NCBI GenBank assembly: GCA_002269645.1
Contig: NIVC01002395.1
Span: 62,001 to 126,000, forward strand
Length of the DNA stretch: 64,000 nt
Direction: 5' to 3'
DNA from: Macrostomum lignano
Lineage: Eukaryota
Position numbers and translations under genes: made by a program. Under the pieces are notes generated by a model. It did no database searches and was not told the DNA's origin. It was given only the letters and a program-made list of their open reading frames with translations. Shown in pieces: positions 1 to 11,799 of the stretch; the stretch's first letter is position 1; the number at the start of each line of letters is the position of its first letter.

Positions 1-3000
1 TAACGCGTCACCAGCACAGTCTCGGCTGGATTAAACCAGGACGGCGAGTCGCCTTCCCGACGATCCTCGCCGATAACGCCGTGGAATAGCAGCGGCAGGT
101 GAGGATTAGGCAGACTCGGCCAGGTGAGAAACCGGTTGCCAGAGGCCGGATCAACGCACGGGATTAGCTCAGAGTGGTAGAACAGACTCGAGTACACTTG
201 CAGCAGGCCCGGGTGACTGCGGTAGTTCTGCAGCAGCTTCGTGACCAGCAGGGGGTCGTAGCCGTCGTCCGGGTAGCGGCCGGGACAGCGAGCGTAGGCT
301 GGCGAGGACTCGAGCAGGCGGTGCAGCAGCGACTCGCCAAGGCCGAACTTCTGCGCCCAGGGGGACTGGACCACCGGGCCCAGCTGCATGGGGTCGCCAG
401 CCAGCACGACCTTTTAATTGGGGGGGTAGGGGAGAGTGTCGTTTCAGGTAACACTGGTAAAACAGGAAAGAAGTGACTCTAAGACGACTCTAAAACGACA
501 AGATGTCACGATAGAAGTCGCCAAAAAGTCAACGAGTCGCCTAAGAGACTCACTTTTGTCTGCGTCTGATGTAACGGGATGTCGCGGGATATGGCAAGGG
601 AAATTTTTCAAAAGTATCTCCGATCCCCGTGCACCTCCTGAGCAGAGCCGCCGAGACTGGGCCAGGTCTTTGACCAGGCCTGCTGACTCTCGCTCTGCTG
701 CACCCCCTGCTGCCTCGGCTCCGTCTCCCACGCCGCCACGCATGCCTTTCCGGAGCCCCTCTCTGTACCTCACCCGCTACCCTGTTTCCCAGGCGTTCTA
801 CCCTATCTATCATGTACTTTTCCCGCTTCCCATCTTTTTGTCTCTTTTTGCACTGTTTTCCTGCGCTGTCCCCCTCTTCTGGTACCTACTGACGGTACTT
901 TGTGCGCTCACCGTCACCCCATCCCTTACTAAAACTCCGAAACGGTGACGCAAGTCTTGTGACCCCTTTTTCCCCTCGATGACTCATGCTTCAAGAGTCA
1001 GTTTGAAGCATTTTATTGCCTGCGATGCGACTCTGAGGCCGTAAGGTCATATCTGAGGCCAGAGTTGCTGTGGAGTCTTCCAGGCACCCACTGGCGCAAC
1101 GCCTCTGGCGAAATAATCCCACATCCAGCAGCGCTGAGGCGATTCTGCTCATTCCGCTGACTCCTGAGCTCTTTGCTATAGGGGCGTAGATGAGAACTGA
1201 TAAGAATTGGGGGGGGGGCGCAGACTGCTACTCCTAACCCGAACCCGACCAGCCTCTATCACCTGCTCGCTAGCCAGACTAATAGGCAGCAACAGCTCTG
1301 GCTCGGTGGCCTGGCCAGCTTCATCAATCAGCGCGTGCGTGAAGTGGCCTCTGCGCAGTCGGAGCCCGTGTAGCCAGCCGGTGGTGACGCAGGTGGCCAC
1401 CAGGACGCGGTGCATCGCGGCTCGTCCGAGTCGATCCGGCCCGACCGACGCGGCGGCCACTGCCGGTGTCGTCACCGACTCGACGTCTTTCCGACGAGCG
1501 GCGTTGAGCCGCACCAGCTGTCCGGCGGACACCCGGCCGGACGCGAGCAGCCGGTCAGCCAGCTGGTCAGCGGCCGAGTTGGACGGGGCGCAGACGAGCA
1601 GGCGAGAGTCGGGCAGGCGGTTAAGCAGCTGCAGGGCGCACTCGACCAGGGTGACGGTCTTGCCCGTGCCCGGCGGTCCGAACACCACGTAGGGCCGCGG
1701 GCGACGCCGGCCGGCCAGGACTCGGCGGACGGCGCAGCGCTGGCGCTCGTTCAGCCGGCTGTTGAAAAACTCCAAACTGCGGCAACACGCCTGCGGCGGT
1801 TTAACGTCGGCGGCGTCGAGCTCCGGGAAGAGGGTCGGCCAGGGCAGCGAGCTGGACGAGCCGGCCAGCGACACAGCGTGATGGCAGCGACGGTAGCCGG
1901 TGCGGTTGACGCAGAACTGCACGCTGAAGGTGCACGGCGACTGGCTTAGCAGCGTCTGGGCCAGGGCCGAGTGCAGGTGCGGATGGAACTTCAGCAGAGC
2001 CTGGCTGCAGCGCAGCTCGTGCACGTAGCCTTCGTAGCCTGGGTCGGCGGGGCGCGAGTTCAGGGCCTCCAGCTGCTGAAGGCTGGCGTTGGGACGGGCC
2101 CGGACCTGCGAGGGGATCGACGATGAGATTGATAATGAGACTCGGGTGATGAGATTGATGAGACTCGGGTGATGAAATTGATGAGACTCAGGTGATGAGA
2201 TTGATGAGACTCAGGTGATGAGATTGATGAGACTCAGGTGATGATATTGATGAGACTCAGCTAATGAGATTGATGAGAATCAGGTGATGAGATTGATGAG
2301 ACTCAGCTAATGAGATTGATGAGAATCAGGTGATGAGATTGATGAGACTCAGGTGATGAGATTGATGAGACTCAGCTAATGAGATTGATGAGAATCAAGT
2401 GATGAGATTGATGAGACTCAGGTGATGAGATTGATGAGACTTAGATGATGAGATTGATGAGATTGATGAGAATTTAGTCATGATTTGAGAAGATTACTGA
2501 GAGTTGATGAGTGCTGAGAATATTGATGCGTAGGAACCGCATAGAGAAACCACTTCAAAGCCTCAAAGCTAACAAAAAATCGGTTTCTGCAAGCAAATGA
2601 AGCCATCCCAATTCCATAGCAACGAGTTTACCTTGTCCCCAAACAGTAGGCTGGGCCTGCCCTCGGCCAGTCCGGGCACCTCCAGCGCCAAGTACTGCCG
2701 TCCGGGCCCGGCCGGTTCCAGCGTGGCCAAGTCCAGGCTGTACTGGCGCAGAGACAGCGCCTCGGCCAGCTCCTCCAAGTGCAGCAGGGCGCTCAGTTTG
2801 GCCGCATAGCAACGGCCCGGCGACAGCGGCTCGGCCAGACTCGGCCAGCCGGCCAGAAGGCGCCGCTCGATTTCCGCTTCGTCGTCGTCTTTGTTGTCGT
2901 CTCCGTCGCCGTCGCCATCGCCGGCGCCCAGGATGAGGCGGGCCATGGACGGCGGCGGCTGGTGCTGGCCGAGGCGGTGCGGCAGCCGGATGGTCTCGGG

Positions 3001-6000
3001 GCCGCGGGCCGGCCGAACACCGGGCAGGACTCGGGCGGAGTCGACGTCGCCGGTGTCGTAAATCTGGCTGTCGAAGCCGGCGACGTGTCGGCGAGCGCCG
3101 CGGCCGAAGCTGGCGTACGGCCTCGGAGTTGTTGCCGATGACGCCGCCGACTGCAGAGGGCCCGAGTCGCAGAGCGGATCGGCGACTGTGACTGTGAGCG
3201 ACAGGCCGACTGAGAACTCGGCGAATTCCACGATGCACAGCTGCGTGTCCGTGCCGGGCAGGCGGCAGAGGCAGCGGATGAGCATCTGGATGGGGGAGGA
3301 TAAGGGGGCGGATGAGCATCTGGATGGAGGATGAGGGGGCGGATGAGGATCTGGATGGGGGGATAAGGGAGCGGATTAGGGGCGGATAAGGGGGCGGATG
3401 AGGATCTGGATGGAGCGGAAAAGTAGGCAGATGAGGATCTGGATGGGGCGGATAAGGGGAGGATGAGGATCCGGATAGGGGGATAAAGAAGCGGATGAGG
3501 ATCTGGATGGGCGGATGGGGATCTGGATGGGGCGGATGAGGATCTGGATGGGGATGGGGGCGATTCAGGGGGCGGATGAAGCTCTGAATGGAGCGGATAA
3601 GGGGGCGGATGAGGATCTGGATGGAGGATGAGAGGGCGGATAAGCATCTGGATGGGGGGATAAGGGAGCGGATTAGGGGCGGATAAGGGGGCGGATGAGG
3701 ATCTGGGTGGAGCGGAAAAGTAGGCAGATGAGGATCTGGATGGGGCGGATAAGGGGAGGATGAGGATCCGGATAGGGGGATAAAGAAGCGGATGAGGATC
3801 TGGATGGGCGGATGGGGATCTGGATGGGGCGGATGAGGATCTGGATGGGGATGGGGGCGATTCAGGGGGCGGATGAAGCTCTGAATGGAGCGGATAAGGG
3901 GGCGGATGAGGATCTGGATGGGGCGGATGGGGATCTGGATGGGGCGGATGAGGATCTGGATGGGGATGGGGGCGATTCAGGGGGCGGATGAAGCTCTGAA
4001 TGGGGCGGATGAAGCTCTGAATGGGGCGGATAAGGGGGCGGATGAGGATCTGGATGGGGCGGATGGGGATCTGGATGGGGCGGATGAGGATCTGGATGGG
4101 GATGGGGGCGATTCAGGGGGCGGATGAAGCTCTGAATGGGGCGGATAAGGGGGCGGATGAGGATCTGGATGGGGCGGATGAGGATCTGGATGGGGCTGAT
4201 GAGAATCTGGATGGGGATGGGGGCGATTCAGGGGGCGGATGAAGCTCTGAATGGGGCGGATAAGGGGGCGGATGAGGATCTGGATGGGGCGGCTAAGGGG
4301 GCGGATGAGGATCTGGATTCGGCGGCTAAGGGGGCGGATTAGGATATGGATTATTAAATTATTTTATTCAAAATAACTAAATTTCTCAAACCTCCACAGA
4401 ATCGCCAGGAGAAACAGTCAGCCTCGCATCGCCCTCTTCCTTGACCACACAGAACTGGTCATTGGTAGCCGAGTCTACCCGAGCGCCAAGCCACACAATA
4501 GGCTCATCTCCCGCATTTGTAATGGAGACTTTGCGCTCCAAATCTGAGCCCAAGCTTGCCCGACTAAAATTACAAATAGGCGGCTGAAACTGGACACCGG
4601 CAGCGTGAGGGTCGGTCAAGAAGCTGCCAGCAGACACCGTCAACAGGTGGGATTCGTGTGGCACCATGGTGCCGAGGTCCCACATCTGCGACCAGGTGTT
4701 GCCAGTCTGGGCCTGGTCTTCTTCGCCAAGATGGACAACCACAGCCCGATAGTTGCAAGTGCGGCTCTGGGGCGGGATTATGTTGAGCGGTTATCGATTC
4801 ATTATTTAATTACGGCACCGTCTTAAAATGACAAAAAACTCGTTTTCTCCTACTAACAGTAGATTAAGGACAAGCGAACATCGTTATTCGTTAGGATACG
4901 TATTTTATTAATTGCAAATGAAGACAGTCAGTTTAATAGTAGAAGAGAGAGGGGTTTCATGACTAAAATTCGCACTGTCTACCTGTCATATAGGAGCTTT
5001 TTAATTCACCCTGGCGCATTTTAAGCGACATTGTCACACAACCGGCGAGAGGCATTACTGCTCATTCCACAGACTCCCCTGAGCAGGCACACAAGCGCGC
5101 GGATACGTACGCAGTCATACGCACAGGCACACACTCACACAGGAGTGTACAGTGGCCCTAACTTCATTTATCTTTAGGCATGTACACTTCACTGCGGCTT
5201 GGGGGTTGAGCCTCAAGGGCGTTAATTGCACGAGCAGAGCCAAGCCGAGATCCCAATTCAGCCCCCAAATTAATTTGACTGCACTTGGAATCGAGCCTTA
5301 AAGGCTTTATTTCGCTGTCTATTTGTTATTTGTAAAGAACAAGGATTCTATCCAGATGTCCCCCATCGGGGGGCGAAGATTGCTAGTAAATTTTACTAAC
5401 TAGTTGTAAAGTTTTTACGGAGGCTGTGAAAATTGTCTTCGGTTTTTCAAACATACAAAAAAATAGGAAAGCAATCTTTTCCTCTATTAACAGTAGATAA
5501 CGCGAGTATTAATATATTTTTATAAAGTTCGTACCTGCACAGACTCGATGGCTACGCCGTGCACGGGATCGCCGCGGCGCAGACGCTGTGCCCGAGGCTG
5601 CACAGCCCCGGCATGGAAGTAGACCTCGCCATTGGCGTAGCCGTGACTGGCCGCCATAGAGGTGACTCGGCCGGAGAAGCGCATCATACGGAGCGGTTGA
5701 ACTCGAGTGACCTTAGCCTGCTCCTCCGTCCAGTCCAGCTCGGCCGTCACCCAGTCGCCCACAAACGGCCGATAGGACTCCGGCCACGCCAGTTCCATGG
5801 AGAACTCCAGCGAGTTTTCTAGCACTCCAGTCCTGCTCCTCTGATTGCAACTGCTGACTATGGTAACCAGATTACTGGGCTTCGGCTTCTGGCGGGCCTC
5901 CAACTGAGCCAGCCGGTTCAGTAGGACCTGGTCCGATGTCTTCGGAGTCCAGTTGTCGTCCTCCTCCTCCGCAGCGTCGTCCGCGCCTTCGACACCAACA

Positions 6001-6176
6001 ATTTCATCGCCGATGTTGTTCGCATCGGAGTCGACATCCTCTAACTGGCCAAGGATGTCGTCGTCATCGTCTATGCTAGCGTCGGAGTCGAGTGCCAGAA
6101 TCCAGAGATGCTTGAGCGCCAAGGACAGCGCCAATAGTAGGCGTTGACCTAGCAGCTCCAGTGCTAAGAATTGCAT
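1..6176 (-). CDS. MOV10L1: MOV10L1/Armitage-like SF1 (UPF1-like) RNA helicase, 3'-partial. Exons (minus): 5535-6176, 4392-4766, 2632-3285, 1263-2105, <1-410
   Basis: Walker A GPPGTGKT, Walker B DEAGQ, then VVLAGDPMQLGPV, LLQNYRSH and WFNPAE in the exon at 1-410 (read manually on the reverse strand). All four introns are GT-AG and phase 0. N-terminal segments (RPFVGDWVTAEL, RRGDPVHGVAIESVQSRTCNYRA) resemble the OB/S1-like region of MOV10L1/Armitage rather than MOV10. Family call is firm; the paralogue call is from recalled similarity. Confidence 0.88.
427..1204. mobile_element. ~780-bp GC-rich insertion of unknown class in a helicase intron
   Basis: Flanked by direct repeats AATTGGGGGGG (416-426 and from 1205). 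Removing it leaves a ~63-nt intron. No terminal inverted repeats and no recognisable protein. Confidence 0.5.
2122..2512. repeat. Intronic minisatellite, ~23-bp unit GATGAGATTGATGAGACTCAGGT
   Basis: Tandem copies read directly, in helicase intron 2106-2631. Confidence 0.95.
3286..4342. repeat. Intronic G-rich minisatellite (core GGATGAGGATCTGGATGGGGC) with ~300-bp higher-order duplication
   Basis: Tandem copies. The marker TAAGGGAGCGGATTAGGGGC occurs at 3364 and 3661. Confidence 0.95.
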
Positions 6177-6678
6177 TATTGCTGGTCGCAGTTGAGAGAG
6201 ACTGTAATGAATAGATTTTAAATGTGTGGCAAAGTTCCATTCAAATTTTAGAATGTGCGTCGCTGTATTAATTTAACTCCACTCGTTTTAACCATACATA
6301 TAAAGTCCGAGTCAATGACGATTATGCGTAAGACAGTGCCTATTAAGTTCTTTTCGATACATATCGGCCATAAAATTTATTTCTAACTTGGCGACACTGG
6401 CCTAGCTTATTAAATTATAAAATCACAGCGAAGCAGGGCCATAATTTTTTACTAAAAAATACCCTGGAAATAGCAGATTTGGACAATATAAATAGCCTAT
6501 TCATATCATTAATAAAATAATAGTATGCTAGATTTACTAGCTCACTAGTAGTTTTTTGCCGTAAAAGGACGTAAAGAATATGAAAAATCAAAGCGAAAAA
6601 TTAAAACAAGTTACTGACATTGTCAGAAAATAAAATGATTTTTTCGATAAATTTGTCGAATTTGTGGCCAAAAATTCA

Positions 6679-6750
6679 TTCCCTGACCGGGAGTCGAACC
6701 CGGGCCACCTGGGTGAAAACCAGGGATCCTAACCGCTAGACCATCAGGGA
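6679..6750 (-). tRNA. tRNA-Glu(TTC): tRNA-Glu, anticodon TTC
   Basis: Reverse complement is TCCCTGATGGTCTAGCGGTTAGGATCCCTGGTTTTCACCCAGGTGGCCCGGGTTCGACTCCCGGTCAGGGAA (72 nt). Anticodon stem CCTGG/CCAGG with loop TT-TTC-AC, A and B boxes present, TTTTT terminator a few nt downstream, TTTATAAA about 30 nt upstream. Confidence 0.97.
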
Positions 6751-7522
6751 CCTATAAGCAGCCGAAGTTAAAGTGCTTTATAAACAGTTCAATCATATAA
6801 TTCTTTCCTAGATTAACAACAAAAACAAGTTAAGATTGAGTTTCGATTCATTTATTAAATTATACACAAGAAACAATTCCAGGCACAGTTTGTTGTTTAT
6901 ATTTGGGTGAAATTGACAAGCAAGACGTTACATGAGGAGCAAGAAAGCCGAAGCTTAACTTTTTCAGGTAAAATACCACTAGTTCATAATAAAGAACTAT
7001 AAGTATAAAGTGCGAAAATGTTGCTTGGTGTATTAATATGTTATGAATATATAAACTATACTAAAGTTAAAGAAATCTTGGAGTAAAAATTCTAAACCTA
7101 GCCGAAGTCGTTAACAGCGTCAGCGGACGCTGATTGATTAAATTTCGAATGCATTTGGCCTTTAATTAGACACTGATAGTAGCATGAATGGAGTTTTTCG
7201 CGATTTATGCTTGAAAGAATACGAAATAATTGTTATTGTAGTTAGCTTTTAATTTTCAGTCGAAAAACTCTGAAGGAAGATGCAATAAGCAATTAGCTAT
7301 TGTTTAACTGTATACTACTCGTAAAGTAATAATTTTCTTTGAGGTTGCAATCAGATTGATTTGATAGAATAGCTTAGATAACATTGCCTCATAGGTTAGG
7401 AATGCTAAACATAAATACTTGCTACAGGGAATTGCCAAGACTAACACAAAGCGAGAGACTTTGAACTAAGCATAATAATTGGCAACTTGGACACCGACAA
7501 CAGGATGCACCGACGAGTCTTA

Positions 7523-7830
7523 GGAAGCGCCAAATCGGATGCGTCGGGGGGCGCCAAATTCTGATGTGTCGAAGGGGGGCGCCAAATCTGATGTGTCGAA
7601 GGGGGCGCCAAATCTGATGTGTCGGACGGGGCGCCAAATCTGATGTGTTGGACGGGGGGCGCCAAATCGGGTGTGTCAGGGGCGCCAAATCGGGTGTGTC
7701 AGGGGCGCCAAAACGGATGTGTCAGGAGCGCCAAATTGGATGTGTCGGGGGCGCCAAATCGGATGTGTCAGGGGCGCCAAATCGGATGTGTCGGGGGCGC
7801 CAAATCAGATGTGTCAGGAGCGCCAAATAG
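7523..7830. repeat. Minisatellite, ~23-bp unit GGGGCGCCAAATCGGATGTGTCA
   Basis: Tandem copies downstream of the MED25 stop codon. Confidence 0.93.
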
Positions 7831-8048
7831 AACAGTTGGTCAGAAATTGCTATGCTTCAAATGCCCTACGCCAGCCAACCGACAGCTACATGAACATTAC
7901 GTGCAAGAAGCCGGTGCATTCGACAAGCAAACAACATTAAAATGCTTAAACAGCATTAATTTTAAACAAATCTATGCAACACTGTCATTAATTAAGTTAA
8001 ACATCTACACGGAAAGAATGCTGAATCATTAGCTTCGATTTAACGCTG

Positions 8049-10160
8049 TTAATAACGCTGTTGATCGTGAAATCCCATTTGAGGATTTCGCATCTGTTGA
8101 GGATCTAAATCAACGGTTGCCTGGTGATACATTTGCTGCTGCTGCTGCTGCGGCGCCTGCTGAGCCATTATAACCTGCTGCATCTGAGGCTGGCTGGACG
8201 CCTGATGAGGCGCATAGGAGGCTGGGACGTTTAACCTTGCTGGCGTTATCATTCGGCCCTGCATCGACTGCGGCCCTGGCAAGCGCTGCAGGGAGAGAGG
8301 GGTGAGAATATTTTGCTGCGAGAGCTAGATATGCCTGCCTTCTATACATGGTTGATCAGATAACGATTAGAATTAACTGCACGTTTATCAGATATCGATG
8401 AGAATTAACTGTGTGTTTGTACCAACATCGATTAGAATTAACTGTGTGTTTGTACTGATATCGATTAGAATTAACTGTGTTTGTACCAATATCGATTAGA
8501 ATTAACTGTGTGTTTGTAACGATATCGATTAGAATTAACTGTGTGTTTGTACCAATATCGATTAGAATTAACTGTGTGTTTGTAACGATATCGATTAGAA
8601 TTAACTGTGTGTTTGTAACGATATCGATTAGAATTAACTGTGTGTTTGTAACGATATCTATTAGAATTAACTGTGTGTTTGTAAAGATATCGATTAGTAT
8701 TAACTGTGTTTGTTTCGAAATTGATTAGAAATAAGTGTGTGTTGTACTGATATCGATTAGAATTAACTGTGTTTTATACCTATATCGATTAGAATTAACT
8801 GCGTGTTGTACCGATATCAATTAGAATTAACTGCGTGCTTATTCCGATATCGATTAGAATTAACTGCGTAATTTTCCCCAATATCGATTAAAATTAATTG
8901 CGCGCTCGTTTGGATATCGATTCTATCTAAAACACAACAAGAACTCACCAGATTGCCGTGCGTTGGTGTCTCCATGCGCGATATCTTCTGCGGCGGCCCG
9001 CCAGCAACCTGCTGCTGTTGCTGTTGCTGCAGCGAGCCCGGATGCGCCTGAATGATCATCGACTGAGAAGGAAGTTGAAAATGGAGTTTTAGTTAAAATG
9101 ATAGCTGTGTCACTTGCTCTTGGTGCATAGTTATATACTAGGGTGAGGGAATCGCACCTGACACTACTGAATCATCATGGAGGGGATGGCAGCATACTGA
9201 ATGATCATGGAGGGGATGGCGGCCTACTGAATGATCATGGAGGGGATGGCAGCATACTGAATGATCATGGAGGGGATGGCAGGCTACTGAATGATCATGG
9301 AGGGGATGGCAGGCTACTGAATGATCATGGAGGGGATGGCAGCATACTGAATGATCATGGAGGGGATGACAGCATATTAAATGATCATATAGGGGATGGC
9401 AGCCTACTGAATGATCATGGAGGGGATGGCAGCATATTAAATGATCATATAGGGGATGGCAGCCTACTGAATGATCATGGAGGGGATGGCAGCATATTAA
9501 ATGATCATGGAGGGGATGACAGTCTAGTGAATTATCAAGAAGGGGTTCACTGTTTTTCTGATATGATCTGGAAGGGATCTTAGACATGTTATCCCACATT
9601 GCAATAAAAAGGGGCAGTTTACATCAGGACGGAAGCCAAAAGTTAATTAATTCAATGCTTTTTAAAAATCAATAAAAATCAGTCTCATAATAAAAATGAT
9701 GTGGTAATAGTAAACAACCAATATAGAGAATTAATGTTAAAAATGAAAAATTAAAAAAAGAATTAATAACAAAAAATGGACATTATAAAAGTACAGTTTT
9801 TTAATGCACCATAGCCTTACGATCATACCTGTACCTTAATCTTTGGCGGAGTAACCTGAGCAACGTGATGCTGATAATTACTCAGCGACGATGTACTTTG
9901 TCGCTGGCTGGTTGAAAAATCCTATGCGTGCATAACGACGGCAGTTGCCATGGCAATAAATTATATCTGGTATTTATAGCTAACAGCCAACTACATGAGA
10001 ATAAGTAATTAAAACAAGATAAGTAGTTAAATGCACACATTTTAAGACAACACTGAGAGAGCTAGTGACACAATAGGATAGAACTAGTGTTAAAATATAC
10101 ACAAATGTTAATGTTAATAAATATTCTATAATCTAGCAGTGCTAGCGAGTGCAAAGATTG

Positions 10161-10212
<52 letters not shown>

Positions 10213-10213
10213 A

Positions 10214-10252
<39 letters not shown>

Positions 10253-10253
10253 A

Positions 10254-10308
<55 letters not shown>

Positions 10309-10309
10309 A

Positions 10310-10382
<73 letters not shown>

Positions 10383-10545
10383 CAGACAGAAAGACACAGA
10401 CAGAAAGACAGACAGACAGACAGACACAGACAGAAAGACAGACAGACAGACACACAGACACACAGACAGACAGACAGACAGACACAGACAGAAAGACAGA
10501 CAGACACAGACAGAAAGACAGACAGACAGACAGACACAGACAGAA

Positions 10546-10622
<77 letters not shown>

Positions 10623-10891
10623 CAGACAGAAAGACAGACAGACACAGACAGAAAGACAGACAGACAGACAGACACAGACAGAAAGACAGACAGACACAGA
10701 CAGAAAGACAGACAGACAGACAGACACAGACAGAAAGACAGACAGACACAGACAGAAAGACAGACAGACAGACAGACACAGACAGAAAGACAGACAGACA
10801 CAGACAGAAAGACAGACAGACAGACAGACACAGACAGAAAGACAGACAGACACAGACAGAAAGACAGACAGACAGACAGACACAGACAGAA

Positions 10892-10944
<53 letters not shown>

Positions 10945-10945
10945 C

Positions 10946-11008
<63 letters not shown>

Positions 11009-11027
11009 CACAGACAGACAGACACTA

Positions 11028-11060
<33 letters not shown>

Positions 11061-11069
11061 CAGACAGAA

Positions 11070-11100
<31 letters not shown>

Positions 11101-11101
11101 A

Positions 11102-11148
<47 letters not shown>

Positions 11149-11173
11149 AAGACAGACAGACAGACAGACAGAA

Positions 11174-11270
<97 letters not shown>

Positions 11271-11433
11271 CAGACAGAAAGACACAGACAGAAAGACAGA
11301 CAGACAGACAGACACAGACAGAAAGACAGACAGACAGACACACAGACACACAGACAGACAGACAGACAGACACAGACAGAAAGACAGACAGACACAGACA
11401 GAAAGACAGACAGACAGACAGACACAGACAGAA

Positions 11434-11490
<57 letters not shown>

Positions 11491-11491
11491 C

Positions 11492-11534
<43 letters not shown>

Positions 11535-11759
11535 CAGACAGAAAGACAGACAGACACAGACAGAAAGACAGACAGACAGACAGACACAGACAGAAAGACA
11601 GACAGACACAGACAGAAAGACAGACAGACAGACAGACACAGACAGAAAGACAGACAGACAGACAGACACAGACAGAAAGACAGACAGACACAGACAGAAA
11701 GACAGACAGACAGACAGACACAGACAGAAAGACAGACAGACAGACAGACACAGACAGAA

Positions 11760-11799
<40 letters not shown>

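Noticed and set aside
980-1010. Overlapping stems TGACTC/GAGTCA and TGCTTCAA/TTGAAGCA (pseudoknot-like)
   Set aside because: The loops are too short for both stems to form together, and no ribozyme core or frameshift context is present.
1207-1949. Antisense and alternative-frame ORFs over GC-rich exons (also 42464-42979, 56935-57600, 61234-61614, 63164-63930)
   Set aside because: These are expected shadows of GC-rich coding sequence and carry no motifs of their own.
7115-7132. 7-bp hairpin followed by CTAG on the minus strand (Helitron-like 3' end)
   Set aside because: The next base is G rather than T, no 5' TC end was found, and there is no second copy in the window.
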